From Intoshia linei (taxonomy: Eukaryota; Animalia; Orthonectida), in the NCBI GenBank assembly GCA_001642005.1, contig LWCA01000072.1, positions 1 to 60,475 on the forward strand: a stretch of 60,475 nucleotides of DNA, written 5' to 3'. Position 1 is the first letter of the stretch. Every line of letters begins with the position of its first letter. This document shows, piece after piece, positions 36,539 through 51,000 of this stretch. A program made the translations under genes and the position numbers. The notes under the pieces are model-generated. The model worked only from the letters and a program-made list of their open reading frames with translations, did not search any database and was not told the origin of the DNA.

Positions 36539-37448
36539 TCCTAACTTATATAATATGCTACGCAATTTATGTTTGTGTGTGTGTTCAGCTTTATTTAAAT
36601 AACTACCCGTCTACGAATTTTATAAAGTCCACATTTCAATTAAGTTTTTTCTGGGACGTATAGTAAGATAAATTTGAACCTACCAATTTCACATCTTACG
36701 TGTCAAAAACCCCAGTTGTCCCTCTTTTTGAAAATCAAACGAGTTGAAGAATTTAAAAAGATATATAAGCTGATGCGGACTTTAAAATCATGAAAATTAT
36801 CATAAATTTAAATTTACAAAATATATCTTCAAAGCCAAAACTTTTTTTTTTTGAAAACAGCCCTAGAATTTCAAAAAATTTACAGGTGGTACAGTTGTAT
36901 CCTGTTAACACACATAAAAAATTTCAATCCGAATAAGTGACGACTTCACGGTTAAAAAAGCATTTTAGTATTCATATATTTTTTTTCCTAAATATTTTAT
37001 TAAAACAAAAAATGTTAAATAATAACGGTCCGAAAATTAAAAAAAAAAATTATTCTAATAGAACTTATTCCAGTTGATATAAATACATAAGTTCAACGCG
37101 AGAAATCTACACATTTCCAATAAAGAAATATGGGTGAAAATCTATATAATTCATTCCTTCGGAATTTTTTTTATTGCTACGCAATTTTTAAATTTCAAAT
37201 TTTTATTTTCCAAACAAATTTGGTAAAATTTGACTAAAATGTTTATAAAGTGAAGATACGGTTAATTATTGATACATAAAATAAATAAAAAAAAATAATT
37301 TCAGTATTTTATCCTGAAAAACTTAATTTCTGAAATTAAAATTTGCGATAAAACATGACTCTCGATTAACTGTATAGAAACTGGTGTTTTTTTAATTTTT
37401 TAATCTAACGGTAACACACATAGACATTTCATTTTATACAAGTAAAGA
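36539..37448. mobile_element. Helitron A 5' part (+) joined to Helitron B 5' part (-)
   Basis: TCCTAACTTATATAATATGCTACGC at 36539; CGGTAACACACATAGACATTTCATTTTATACAAGTAAAGA ending at 37448. Confidence 0.75.
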
Positions 37449-39694
37449 ATTCTTATGTGTCATACCTAATATTAAGAAAATCTGTAATAATCGTCAGACT
37501 CAGTGATACATATAATTATCATTAATTCTATAAAATAAATATTATAATTAGCTCGACTTTCGACAATAAAAGCTTTCGATTGTAATTTATTAGTAAATTA
37601 TAATTTTTAGTAAAAAATAGTCACTCAATTAATAATGTAATAATTATAATTTTTTGATTCAACTTTTATATCAGCCCAAAAAAATAACCTAACGATCATT
37701 TTTTGATGTATGGCCTAGCACAAAGGTTGGCCAACACTGAGCTATTTGTAAAAATTATTTTTACTAACTTATTATTGTGTCTATTTCAACTCAGAATTAA
37801 CATTTTATTTAATTTAATTTACAATTATATTGATTTAATATTTAATTCAAATTTTTTACATGCTTTTAAAAATTAAATAAAAAATTAAACTTTAACATAA
37901 ACATCAACATTTAACATTAAATTAATCAATATTGATGATTTTCAAGGTAAGTAAGGTCATGATAAAAATTATGAAAATTTTCCAATGAAAAGGTAAAATG
38001 TATAATGCATTAAGTTTTATTTTAAATTTTAAATTGCAAATTTTTTTATACTTTTTAAGTAGTAATAGTAAATTTTATTTATTAAAACATTTCTAAATTT
38101 TAAAATATCGATTAATATGTAATAATTGATATATTTGCAATTAGTTTGACTGACATTAAAGTATTGATAAATTGACATTTCAAATATTTAAAAATACAAA
38201 ATAAAAATATAATAGTAGTGGAAATTAAGGTAGATTTAATTTGGGTGTCTACTTAAATCCAACTATTTTTACTTAAATTCGAGTTTTATTAGAAAACCTT
38301 TCTTAAATTTATGAAAAAATTTATGGCAAACTACGGAATTGTCCAATTGTGGAGGGAATTTTTATAAATTATTCTTTTAATTGAATTGAAATTAAAATTA
38401 ATTTAATTAATTTAATAGGCATATATAATTTAAATAAGATTTCATTGCGTATATATTATTATAAAAATACATGCAATGCATATTCCTCTCGGGCACCCAA
38501 TGAGGTAATGTTGACATTTTGATTGACGCGGACAGTCCATGTCTGTATCACAAGAAATTGATTCCCTAGATAAAACTAGAAAATTACAAAATTATACACT
38601 AAAAACCAAAAGTACTATTGGGTTTGACTATAGATTTAATTTGGTAGATAAATATCAGCAAAATTGTACAAAACAAATTCATTTCAAATTTGAAGATAAA
38701 TTGGTAGTTCTAAATGAAAAAATGAAAATGGATCAAAAAATAAATCGGTCAATAAGATGTAAATAGTGATAGATAACTAGGCAAACGCGGAAATGTGCAA
38801 TTAGTGTTTTGAGTGTGGCTACAAAGCCAAGTATTGACGTATTGCAGTGTTAAATTAAGTATAACAAAAAGTCGTGCTTGATTAAAAGTAATTGTTTAAA
38901 CAGCAATTAATGGTACACTGTTGTTTGTATTAAGCAGATTTACGCTGATCCGAGCAACTGTCAATTTATAGACGGGTTTTGTTTGTTTATTTTAATTTTA
39001 AAGTGCAATTGATAATATTTAAAACAAATGTTAAATTGAGAAATTGATATCAATATGGGTTATTTAATTTGGATTGTTTGATTAATGTAACTTGTACAAG
39101 AAATCAATCCAACAAGAAATTTATTTTTCAAAAAAAATTTAAATTTAAAGATGAATTGAAACTCAGTGACAATCATCTTGTCATTTACGTAAAGAATTTG
39201 TAAAAAGAGTATAAATTACCTGGAAAAATTCGTGTGGTGTAAAAATATTGAAATTGGATGACTTTAGAGCGTACGCAATTTTCCAGTATAATCGGAAATA
39301 GTTGAATAAACTTTAAATGTTTTGCTTATTTTCAAATAGGTAATTGTGTTTTTATTTAGTATGTATTCATTTCAATACTTATTAACTTTTGAACAAAAAA
39401 ATATTCTAGTTAATTAAATTTAATTAATTAATTATTTTACCTTTTAAGAATTAGTGTCTTTTTTTTCCTTTTGAATATAATTATTACTGAGATATAATAA
39501 TCCGACTTGCGTTACCGAGAAATAAGTCTAATTTAACGTAATAATTATGATCTGATTCATCATGTACATGTAGTTGACTAGATTTTCACACATGTTTGTT
39601 ATTTACTAGGTCATTTGCTCTATTTAATCAGTCCATCCCAGACTATTATAAGAATCTAATTCCATAAATTGTTAAATAATAACTACATGTACAA

Positions 39695-41432
39695 TAGGGT
39701 CTCCACTTTTTTAAAGATCGAAAAGTATATTTGCATATAAATGTGTTTTTATGCACTGATCACGAATATGTGAAAAGTAATTCATTTAATTGAAATTAAA
39801 AACACTAATGATATTTTTATTTTTAAAATGTGAACTATACTTTATTACACTATTTTAATATAATATTTTATTTATTTATTTATTAATCTTATAATTAATA
39901 AATTAATAATATAAAATTGAAATGTCGAGATCTAAAAATAAATTATTCAAAAAAAGTATGAGGTGGATGCGTCCTTATGGAGTAGTGGTTAATGAACCGC
40001 TTAGTAATTTATTGAGATAACCTACTATAAAAAAGTAATGGGAAGATATCATTTTTTAGAAATGGAAAATAACTCACAACAAAAATCTTATTACTGTGAT
40101 AGAACTGCAATAGAACTTTATTATTTATAAATAAAGTGCACTCGGGATCGATTCCATTAGGATTGGTAAAAGTCAAAATTAGAGATTTAATGAACAAGTA
40201 TGCGCTCTATCTAAAAAATCCGAACTACCATCAAAAATTTGAACAAAATTGGGATAACATATTAATGATAAAAGATAAAAAAATAAAAATTGGCGAAGAT
40301 GAAAATTTTCTTCAAATGCAAATTGATTTTCATGGAGAAAGTGGATCAGTAGTTTTTGCATATCCAATTTACAATCTCAACAACCATTATAAAAAATTCT
40401 TCCGATGAAAATTATTGTCCTCTCCATAAAGTTTCCACAAATAAATCAATAAAATGTGAGAAGTTAGCTAAAGCCTCATTATCTACAAATGTTTCCGTTC
40501 GTAAAGTCAAGAAAATAATTTCAATTCGAACTGAAATAGATGTACCATCTAAAAGTGGCATTTTCAAGGCACCATTTAAAGAATTAAATATGATAAAGCC
40601 TAAAATTAAAAATATGTTAACATTATTTAAAGGTGATTTATGTCTATATTTTGACGTAAAAAGAACCCCAAGTTATCAAAACTTGAATAAATATGTGGAG
40701 CGTTTTGTTGTATGTGTGTCAAGTAATATAGATAAAGGATTATCCCTTTGTATTTCTATTAAAACATTAGTAAATGGAAAAGGTAAAATTATGCATGAGG
40801 CCATAATTGAAATATCTGAAGAGTACATAGAATCAAAATGATTATGTGATACAACGTATGCCAATACTGGAAAGAAAAATAGGCTATTAAAGTATAATTC
40901 TTAGGAATGAGAGACGCTAAGATGGTCTAGGCATGTGATTTTATTTATTCAAATTTGGTAAAATGCTTATTCAATTGTAGGTAATTATTAATATTATTTT
41001 ATATTTCGAAAATTATCTTAACACTAATATTAGATATTCCAAAATCGCCGATTGGGGTGAACTTTCGAATTATTTAAATGGAAAATATATTACCGCTAGT
41101 CAATGTCTAAAACGACATTGGAATGTAAAGTTAAAACCCATGAAAATAATTTATACGAACGAAATATCGGGCTCTTGCCCAAATAAAAATTATAAGATCA
41201 AAAGTTCGAACAGATGAAAAATTGGAGTTAAAACTGTTGTCTAGATTTAATAATTTTAATTAATAAATTTAAATAAAGTTAATTTTTTTAAAAAGTTTAA
41301 AAATTTTAAGGTGGAATAAATTACAGACTTTGGAATTTTGTCTTGGATATTTATGTTCTAAATTACATTTCCAATGTTCAGTAAAAAATACTTTTTCTAA
41401 TTCAAACAAAAATGTCAAAAGTGGACACCCTA
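39695..41432 (+). mobile_element. hATm-like DNA transposon with a degenerate, internally deleted transposase
   Basis: 16-bp TIR TAGGGT(C/G)TCCACTTTT; perfect 8-bp TSD ATGTACAA at 39687-39694 and 41433-41440; transposase motifs LYFDVK, ERFVVCVS, NGKGKIMHEAI, CDTTYANTG. Confidence 0.85.
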
Positions 41433-42471
41433 ATGTACAAGTAGTAGTACAGTCTTTTATAGATACCACATTTATTTATTTGCTTCATCTCCTATTTCAT
41501 AGCATACTTACCATTATTTTATTTTGTTAATTTATTGGTTTTATTGCATACTCCATTTTTATTTTATTTTATTTAAAATGGACTGATAACCGCTTGGTTA
41601 GACTATTACAATATGTTAAAATAGAGTTTATTCATTTTGAATAGCCCATATTATCGAATTATGCGGGTCAAATAAATGCCAATTTATTTTATATATTATT
41701 AATGTTTTGTGGTATTAAATGATATTAAACTTAAATTAAAGTCTTAATATAGTTTAAATGTACAACCTTTAATAATAAAGAATGTATTTTAAAGATATTT
41801 TTGATAATAATACATCTAGAATGCAATACATATTGTGCAATTAGTATATATAATTTGAGTTATTAATAGGTCTAAATTACAACATATAACTTCATAATTA
41901 AGATATTGATTTTAATTTTATAATTTTAAAAATTTACTTATACAAATTTGAAATGAACTAAATTTCGAATATATTGCCTAATGAGAACAAAGATACATTT
42001 CACATAAATAAATAAATATTAAACGTTTATTGATAAATCACCCAAATGTAATTACTATATTTGATAAATTTCAACTGAAATTCAATAATACTTAAAGTAG
42101 TCATAAATTAACAATTTCAAAAGTAAATCATTGAAACATTGACTGCTAATTTATACAAAATATAAATATTTTTGGTATATGGTGACTTTTTGTGTTTTTA
42201 TGCATTTTTGTATACACAGAATTGCAAATTACAATTTACCATTTTCTTATATAACATTGAATGTATTTTTGTGTTACCGTTTAATCAAACAATTAAAAGT
42301 GGCAGAATTTAGAGTGAGGGTTTATCGGAATTTCATTTTCAGAAATTGAGTTCTTCAGGGTAAAAACCCTATTATCATTTTTAAAAATTTAAAAAAACGT
42401 AAATTCTGGGCTACGTTTTAAAATGATTAACAATGTGGTATTTCTCAATCATATCTAATTAATATACAGTA

Positions 42472-44015
42472 TTAGGTTGACTGTAATGTACTACGTACAA
42501 ACAGCACCTAGCTCTGCCGATGGTACATTTTTATTATACCAAAAAAATAAATTCATGTTGAAAATCTAACTTAAAAATCCACTATTAACTATTATCAATC
42601 CTTTAAAAGAGTGATTATCAAATTTGTTTCAGGTGGAACCATCATATCACATTACTTTTTACTTAAAAGTGAATTATTCTATCTTAATTTTTTGTTTGTT
42701 AAAATTTGCGTAAAGAATTTTAAAAACAATTGTTATTTTATTATTTTGAATTTATTAGACAGAACCTGTGTATAATATTAAAAATAAAATAAAAACAGTC
42801 CAATCCTAAAAATTGTCATAAATAGCATAAATTCCAGAAAAAATCAAATTATATAAACCTATTTTGTCATTTTCAATGTGATGACATATATTCAGTACAA
42901 ATTTAAAAAAATACTTAAAAATACCAATTGTGTATCAATAATTACCTGAATCTTCAATTTATAAACATTTCAGTTGAATTTTACCATTATTGCAAAGTAT
43001 TGTAATATAAAAATGATATTGACAAAGTTTTTTAGTTTCGTTGTTTAGTTTCTTATTTAAATTTGAATGTTTTAAGAAAAATGTTTTGAAAATAAAAATT
43101 TGAAATTTAAAAATTGCGTAACAATGAAAAAAATTCCGAAGGAATGAATTATATAGATTTTCACCCATATGTCTTTATTGAAAATGTGTAGAGGTTCAAT
43201 ACAAAATTTTTTTGAAATTGTAGGATCAATATTTATATTTTCCATTTTTGATTTTAATGAAAATATTTGAAAAATATTGGTTGATAATATATTAAAAATT
43301 ATTTTTCACCGGGAATGCGTAGATTTCTCGGATTGAAATTTTGTATTTATATTAACTGGAATAAGTTCTATTAGAATAATCTTTTTTTTAATTTTAAGGA
43401 CCGTTAATTATTTCAAATTTTTTATTTTAATAAAATAATTCGAAAAAAAAATATATGAATACTAAAATGTTTTTTTGACCGTGAAGTTGTCACTTATTCG
43501 GATTGAAATTTTGTATGTGTGTTAACAGGATACAACTGTACAACCTGTAAATTTTGTGAAATTCTAGGGCTGTTTTCATTAAAAAAAGAAGGGTAATTTG
43601 TGGTTTCGGCCCTGAAGATATAATTTTTTTAAATTTAAATTTATGATAATGTTTATGATTTTAAAATCCGTATCAGCGTATATATTTTTTTAAATTCTCG
43701 AACTCGTTTGATTTTCAAAAAAAAGACAATTGGGATATATATTTTTTTAAATTCTCCAACTCGTTTGATTTTCAAAAAGAGGGACAATTTTTTAAAATTT
43801 TCCAACTCGTTTGATTTTAAAAAAGAGGGACAACTGGTGTTTTTTATTTGTAAGATGTGAAATTTGAACATTGAAATTTATCTTATTATACGTCTCGGAA
43901 AAAACTGTAATTGAAATGTGATCTTTAAAAAATTCTAAGAGTGGTAGTTATTTCAATAAAGTGGAACACACACACACACAAACAAAAATCACGTAGTCCT
44001 AACTTATATAAAAGA
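42472..44015 (-). mobile_element. Longest uninterrupted Helitron family A copy (about 1.5 kb)
   Basis: 3' end CTAA|T with hairpin at 42472-42505; internal triplication of a unit of about 55 bp at 43680-43835; terminal 19 nt inverted. Confidence 0.85.
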
Positions 44016-44124
44016 TTAATATAAATTATTATAGGAAAAATTATTATAAATTCTGATTAAATTTTAATTATTAGTATTTAAAATAACAAAAATCATAAAT
44101 AAAGTCAATTTAATTAACAAATAT

Positions 44125-44420
44125 ATAATTAGTATCTGGTAATACCACCTTTTTAACCAATGCAAGCCTTAATTCGCCTTGGCATACCCAATTTTATATT
44201 TTTGCACAATTTTTGAATTTTGTGATTTTACGATTTTACGCCACATTTTTTTGCTCTGTTAGACTCAGCATATAAATTTATATTTTTTGACTACTAGAAA
44301 CACTACAAATAGCTGATATTTCCTTCTGTGTATGCGACGAGTGCTCAAGTAAAGAAATTATGTGAATTTTGGTTTCGGTCAATAAATTAGGTTTTTTTCC
44401 CCCATAATAAAACCATTTTT
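44125..44420 (-). mobile_element. Internally deleted Tc1-like transposase remnant
   Basis: N-terminal MGKKPNL...HTQKEISAICSVS and C-terminal MPRRIKACIG*KGGITRY. Confidence 0.7.
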
Positions 44421-44599
44421 TATAAAATTAAATATTTTTGTGTTGTAATGAGTGATATTGAATTTAAAATGCATTAGTTGTCTTTTAATATTACTCTAAT
44501 ATTATTAGGTCAGTAACTGAAATTTAATTAAAAAAAATATATTATATATTTTAGTTTTGTCAGTTTAGTATACATGTATTTATTTATTTTTTAATTAAT

Positions 44600-44870
44600 T
44601 TAAAAAATGGGATAACAATTGTTTTTAAAATTATTTACGCAAATGTTAAAAAAAATTAAGATGGAATAATTCACTTAAAAGGAAAAAGTAATGTGATATG
44701 ATGGTTCCACCTGATACAAATTTGGGAACCACTCCTTTAAAGAATTGAATAGTCAATAGTAAGATTTTTAAGTTAGATTTTCTACATGAATTTATTTTTT
44801 TGGTAGAATAAAAATGTGCCCTCGGCAGAGCTAGGTGATGTTTGTACATAGTACATAACAGTCAACTTAG
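44600..44870 (+). mobile_element. Helitron family A 3' portion
   Basis: Family hairpin and GTCAACTTAG|T end. Confidence 0.8.
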
Positions 44871-45092
44871 TTACTTTACATAAGTAAGGCTAACCCTATA
44901 AGTTATTTATTATTTAACCTTAATCTAAAACTTTAAAATGTGAATACAAGTATTAATTCCGAGCTTAACGGAATTTCTAAGGAATCTCTGCATAAAAATC
45001 ATCCATATGAAGAATTTTTTTAACTTTTATTGATAATAAAACATGTTTAAATTTTTTAATTAAATATAATAAATAATTTCATACACTTATAA

Positions 45093-48000
45093 TTAAGTAA
45101 ATATTGTAACAACTTCCATTCCCGACCCATGCACGAGTACCAATCTTTTTACATTTACAGTTAAAACTTCCACAAAGTTCATGTCTAATTAAAAGCAATA
45201 GTGATAAAAAATTTAAAAAATTACAATTTTTATTTGAATGAGGTGTTTTTGGAACTGTTGGTAAATTGATGATTACAAGTTGAGCGTCACCAGATTTTTT
45301 AACAATTTTTTCATTTAACCCTGAAGCAGAATGCATTTTTTTGAGATTACTCATATTTCTATTAATATGATTAGCAATTTATTGTAATAAATTATTTATT
45401 AATTTAAATGTTAAAAAAGAAAAGATTAAAAATTACACATTTTCAACTTTTTTCAAATCCTGACGATTTGAAAAGGTATACTGATTGAGATTATTTCCGC
45501 TACCATGTTGAGTCAGTAAATTACACTTTATTGAACTCATTTCAATAGATTCTGTGTGTCTGTTTTTGTTTTTATTTTTTAAAGGTTTCACTTTAAATCT
45601 GCTTTTAGAGGTTTTTAATATACTATGTTTTTTAGTATTGGGCGGAATGAAATGACTAGAATCTGTTTTATTTATACTAAATTTTTTATCCTGAAATGTG
45701 ACGCGACTTGTATCTTTTGATGTTGAGTTTTGAAATGTTTCCTTGTCTGGATTTTCGCGTGTAACGTTATCTATTGATACATTAACCAATTTATTTTCAA
45801 GGCTAATAATGCTGTCTTTTTTTGTTTTTAATTTTCCTTTTCGTGAACGATCAACTAATTCTTGAACCTATATTACGTGAATAAACCTTTTAAAATATAA
45901 AATACATCAATAGAGTGTTTCCTCTTTTTAAAATTTTGCAAGAGTTCACTTCTTTTTTCCATTTTCAAAGTTTGCTCTACCGTATAAGCTGAAATGCTTA
46001 TAGCGTCCTATTATTTAAAAATATTAAAAAATATAAATATAAATAATTTAACTATGAAAAATAACCATTTCCACAATTTCCACTTGGGCTGTTATTCGAA
46101 GTTCATATAAAAACGTTTGAATGTCTTTTTTCATTTTTATGCTATTGTCTCCAATTTCTAAATTTTTAAATTATTTCAATAACGATAAAGCTTTACTGGC
46201 AACGGTAAATATTCGCAATCTACATCCTTTCCAAACTTTGTGTTTTTTCAGTAAAAATGGGATTAATAATAGTAAACCTCCATCGTCTAATTTAACATGT
46301 TAAATTCTTAATAATTCCATTTTACCTACTATCCACCATACATCAACTGTACCATTTAACTTTTCAGTACTTTTTGGAAATTTTTCAACAAATCGGGGTA
46401 TCAATACAGCACATTGGTTTTGATACGCTCCAGAAATTATGTCTATAATTTAAAATACTTTTTGTTTAATTTTATATTTACTGAGGAATAAGTTGCATTT
46501 CTCCATGTTATTTTCCCAATTATTTGGCCAATTCAAAACTACCGTGTTTGGTCTCAATCTACCAATACCTACAATAAATTGTAACAAGAATCTTTGTTAT
46601 TATTACCGATTGATTGAATTCTATAATTTTTCATTGAATTTAATTAATCCAAAATAATTTTAAAATTATTGTTATTATATCATTTTATAACAAAAAATAT
46701 AATACAATTTTGTATGTAAATTTTAAGGCATTTTGGAAATTATTTTATTCTATAAATAATTTGCATCAAATGGAATGTTTGTGTGTTACCGTTTATTTAA
46801 AAACTAAGTGTCCTACACTATAAAAAACACAAATCCCAAGACAGTTTTTTGCAGAGTATGTTTTATCATCAATTTTAATCTTTACATTTAATTTAATTTG
46901 TCAAAAAAGCAATTTACTATTTATATCTTTTTTTTTGAAAATTATTTCATTAAAATGATAAATATGACATAACTAATGATCCTAAAATATAAAATAAAAA
47001 TTATTCTGGTACAGTTATTTCAGCTGATGCAGATAAAACATTTCAACCTTAGAAATCTACTTAAATCACGCTCAAAAATGACTTTTAATATAGAGCCTAA
47101 GTCAGTGGTTCCCAAAGTGGTCACAGGAAATTATAGGTGGTCCACAAGAAAAATTTTAAATAAAATAAAGATAACCTTTTTTTAACAATAATATTAAATT
47201 ACAATATTATTAAGTATCGATCATATCTTATTATTATTAGTTAACGTAAACATCATTTCATCAAAATGAAGTTAAAATTTACTGAATAACGTGAATAATT
47301 TTCAAGTGCGTTAAATTTAATCTATTTAACGATTTAACTTAGTTCGATTGTAGTTCCCGGAACCTAACTACTCCAAAAATGAAAAATAGCCCATTAAAAA
47401 ATTTCGTAGACCAATTATAATGTCATATAACTCTATCCACCTTTATAAGACTCTTGAGTTGACATTTTAAATTTAACACACAAATTAGTTGATATTCAAT
47501 AATTTTTGTAATGCTCAATTTAGTATCTTAAAGCCTCCATTTTATAACAAATTTAGTCGAGATTTCTCGGTGAAAGAATCTTGTATAAGGTAGATTCGGC
47601 ACTGGTAGTTCGCCATAAGTATGTTTGAAACTAATAATTTTTTTAATTACGCCATTGAAGCTACCATGTCAAAATTAATGTAAAATTTTCAATTTAAGGA
47701 GGAATATATAATAAAAAAATCAAAATATTACCTTAATGACGTGTTCAGGATTAAGGGGATTTTTTTAAAAATTATATGGTCCACACACATTTTTTTTTGT
47801 GACAAGTGGTCAATGGTGGAAAACGTTTGGGCACCACTGGCCTAAGTTCTTATTAACGCAATTTTTGTTAGCGGAAATTCCTTTAAGCTGAAAAATTTTG
47901 AATTATTTATTTTTTCTTAGCCAATTGGTATGAACCAAAAATTCCGTTAATAATAATTTTATCTCTAAAGCTCTAGAACAGGGGTGTCAGACTCAATTTG

Positions 48001-51000
48001 CTTGGCGGGCTAAATGTGAAAAAAATTATTACGTGAGCCTCATATCTTTACTCAAAAAATTATGTTAAAACTAACAGATTTTATTAATTTATAATAATTT
48101 TAATTCATAAAATAAAATATAAAACAATAAAAATGGAATAAGTGTAAAATAATGTTAAAATTGTAATAATGAATAAATATATCATGAAAAATATATGAAA
48201 AAACTGTAAAATAAAAAATATGTGTAAAAAATTGCTTGATGTTATTCACTTTATTAACAGCAACATTTTCTTAGCAGATTACACAAACAGGTTTGTTGTA
48301 GTGTTCCATAAAATAATATTCTAATTGCCATTATTTTTATAAAATTCTGCATTCAGAGTCCACTTTTCTCTTTTTTATTGTCTTTCTCATTTAAGGACGA
48401 TATAATGTTAATATGTAAATTTTTAATCTCTTAATGAATTGTAATTATAATGTACAATTTAGAATTTTTAATTAAAAAATAATTTTTATAATAAAAATTA
48501 TTTCGGGCCGTATGTTGCCCATCCCTGGTCTAGGGCCTAGAGTACATGTATACAATTTTTCATATTGCGACATACAGATAAATAAAATTACATTATTCTT
48601 ATAGTAAAAGCCACCGATTTTGATATTACAACATCCACAAATGCCTTAAGTTTTTCTCTTTTGACGATTTTTTTAATTTCCTAAAAAATAAAAATATCTT
48701 AATTAATCGAATCATCTTACTTGTTTTTTTGTTTCGCGTAATTTTCCAGAATCTTGTAGATTTTCTCTAAGTACTGTAGCTACCATCATCAACCCTTTGC
48801 CTAAAAATGATTTGGAATGATTCATTACAAATGAAAAAAATTACCAGCTTTAAGCTGCCTTGCAAAAGCAAATATTTTAGTATTTTCTTCAGTATCTGGA
48901 TCACTATCAGCCTTAACAAGAAGTAGCACTTGAGGTCTAATTTTAGAATCATTATGTATCTTATACATGTATGTATATATATTATTAAACTATCAAATTA
49001 CCTCCAATTTTTAACATGTATGGGAGCATCTTCTAATTGTCGAAGCGAAAAATGAGCGGCTGAGATTGTTAAACCTTTTAAGCCGTCACCCCATTCTTTC
49101 TCAGCAGATGATTTCATTCTAAATGTATATAATAAATACAAATCGAGCAATTAACTATTAAAATAATATTACTGGTAATATTCCACATATTTGTAAATAA
49201 ATGCTGCAAATAATAGGCCAGGTATTAAATAATACCAATCAACAGAGATTATCAATATACACATGCACATTAAAGTTCCCAATAAACTCAATGTCCTAAC
49301 GTTTTAAATATTACATAAATTTAATATAAAATTTACCAATGATAGTAAAAGAACCGGGGTCTCCAATTTGGTGATTTTAACATAGTTTGGAGCGTACAAG
49401 CAATATTTACAAAAGAATAGCACATGAGAAAAAACCTATTCATCATATAATATAAATACGAATACGAATAAAATTATATAAATAAGGATAATGTATATTG
49501 ATCAACTATTCATTAGTCGGTATCCTCATCCTAATCCCAAACTCGGAAAATTTAACACACATTCTTACATTAAATAACAAAAACAAACAATGTTTTAATA
49601 TTGTTGAAAATTTTTAAATGAGAGTATTGAATAAAAAAAAACCGCTTTATAAATGAAAAAATACATGGTAACTATTGGAGCAATATATTCAAGTTTAGCA
49701 AATATGATGCCACATAGTGCTATCAAAAATGTAAATATGAGTGACGTAATGGGACCGCCAGATTTTGTTCTTTTTCCAAAATATTTAAGAAACGGAATAA
49801 CATTATCATCTGATATTGCTAACAATAAACGCGGTGCTCCTAGAAATAATTATAAAACGGTTAAATCAAAATTTATAATATTACCTGTTAAACACTGTAA
49901 GCCGGCGCCAATGGTTGACAGAAACGATCCTATTAAAACTACCCATTCGTTGGGCCAACATAATTTGGCTACTAACAATCCACCTTGAACACTTTCACCA
50001 AATCTATACAATTAATTTGAATAAACAAGGCTATTAATACTTGTCTTTCATTAACGGACCTTCAATAACTGCTCCAAATAAAATAACACTGGATAAATCT
50101 AATATCAATTAAGTGAATAATTTTGGAAATTTTACAAACGAATGACGTTGTTAAAACTGCAGCAATTGTTCCACGTGGAATTGAGTTTTGAGGGTTTGCC
50201 AAATCTCCGGATCGGTTGGAACCAGCCATAATACCTATAACCAAACATTAAATGTGTATTTAAGATATATTACCTGTACAGGAAGGAAAAAATAGAGCAA
50301 TAAAGACAATGAAGGACGAAGTTACATCAGCCCGTAGCTCATTGTTGGTCATGGTGTAATTTAAATAACGATCATAAGTATAAACATGATCAATTTTTCT
50401 ATATGTAGCGTACAAATTATCTAGAAATTATAAAGATATATAAAGTTGTAATTAAAAAAAACTTTTTATTGTATTTAACTTAAAGCCAGGTATACTGTTT
50501 AATCGATAAACTGGCTGGTGTTGATTGTATACATTGCAATTTTCTAGAGTTTGGTTACAGTAATAATTTCGAATGTATTCATCTGTACATAATGATATGT
50601 TTAAATTATATATTTCTGGTTTTATGAGAGCACCATTTTGTAGAACGCAAATACTAAAAATAAATAATATACATTTGATATTGACCAATTTAAAGGCTTT
50701 ATATTTTTATATGAGTTAGGACCCTAATTATATGAGTATGTTAATACTTTAATTTTAAATATATTTTTTTAATTTTATCGGAGACCAGACCACGGTACTC
50801 AAACACTCTAATTCTCAAAATGTGGATTACCATATAAACAAAAAAAATTTCCGATGCGACCCTGGGACTGTGTGTGCAAAGTGTATCACGGTTGGATTAA
50901 GATATATGTATACTCTGGTTTTTCAATGAAGTTTGCTGTGATTATTCCAATATATACACTTATAATTGAAACAACAACACAAAATAAAGCAACTGGAGCA

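Noticed and set aside
38539-38766. 75-aa Lys-rich ORF
   Set aside because: No motif; length is unremarkable without transcript evidence.
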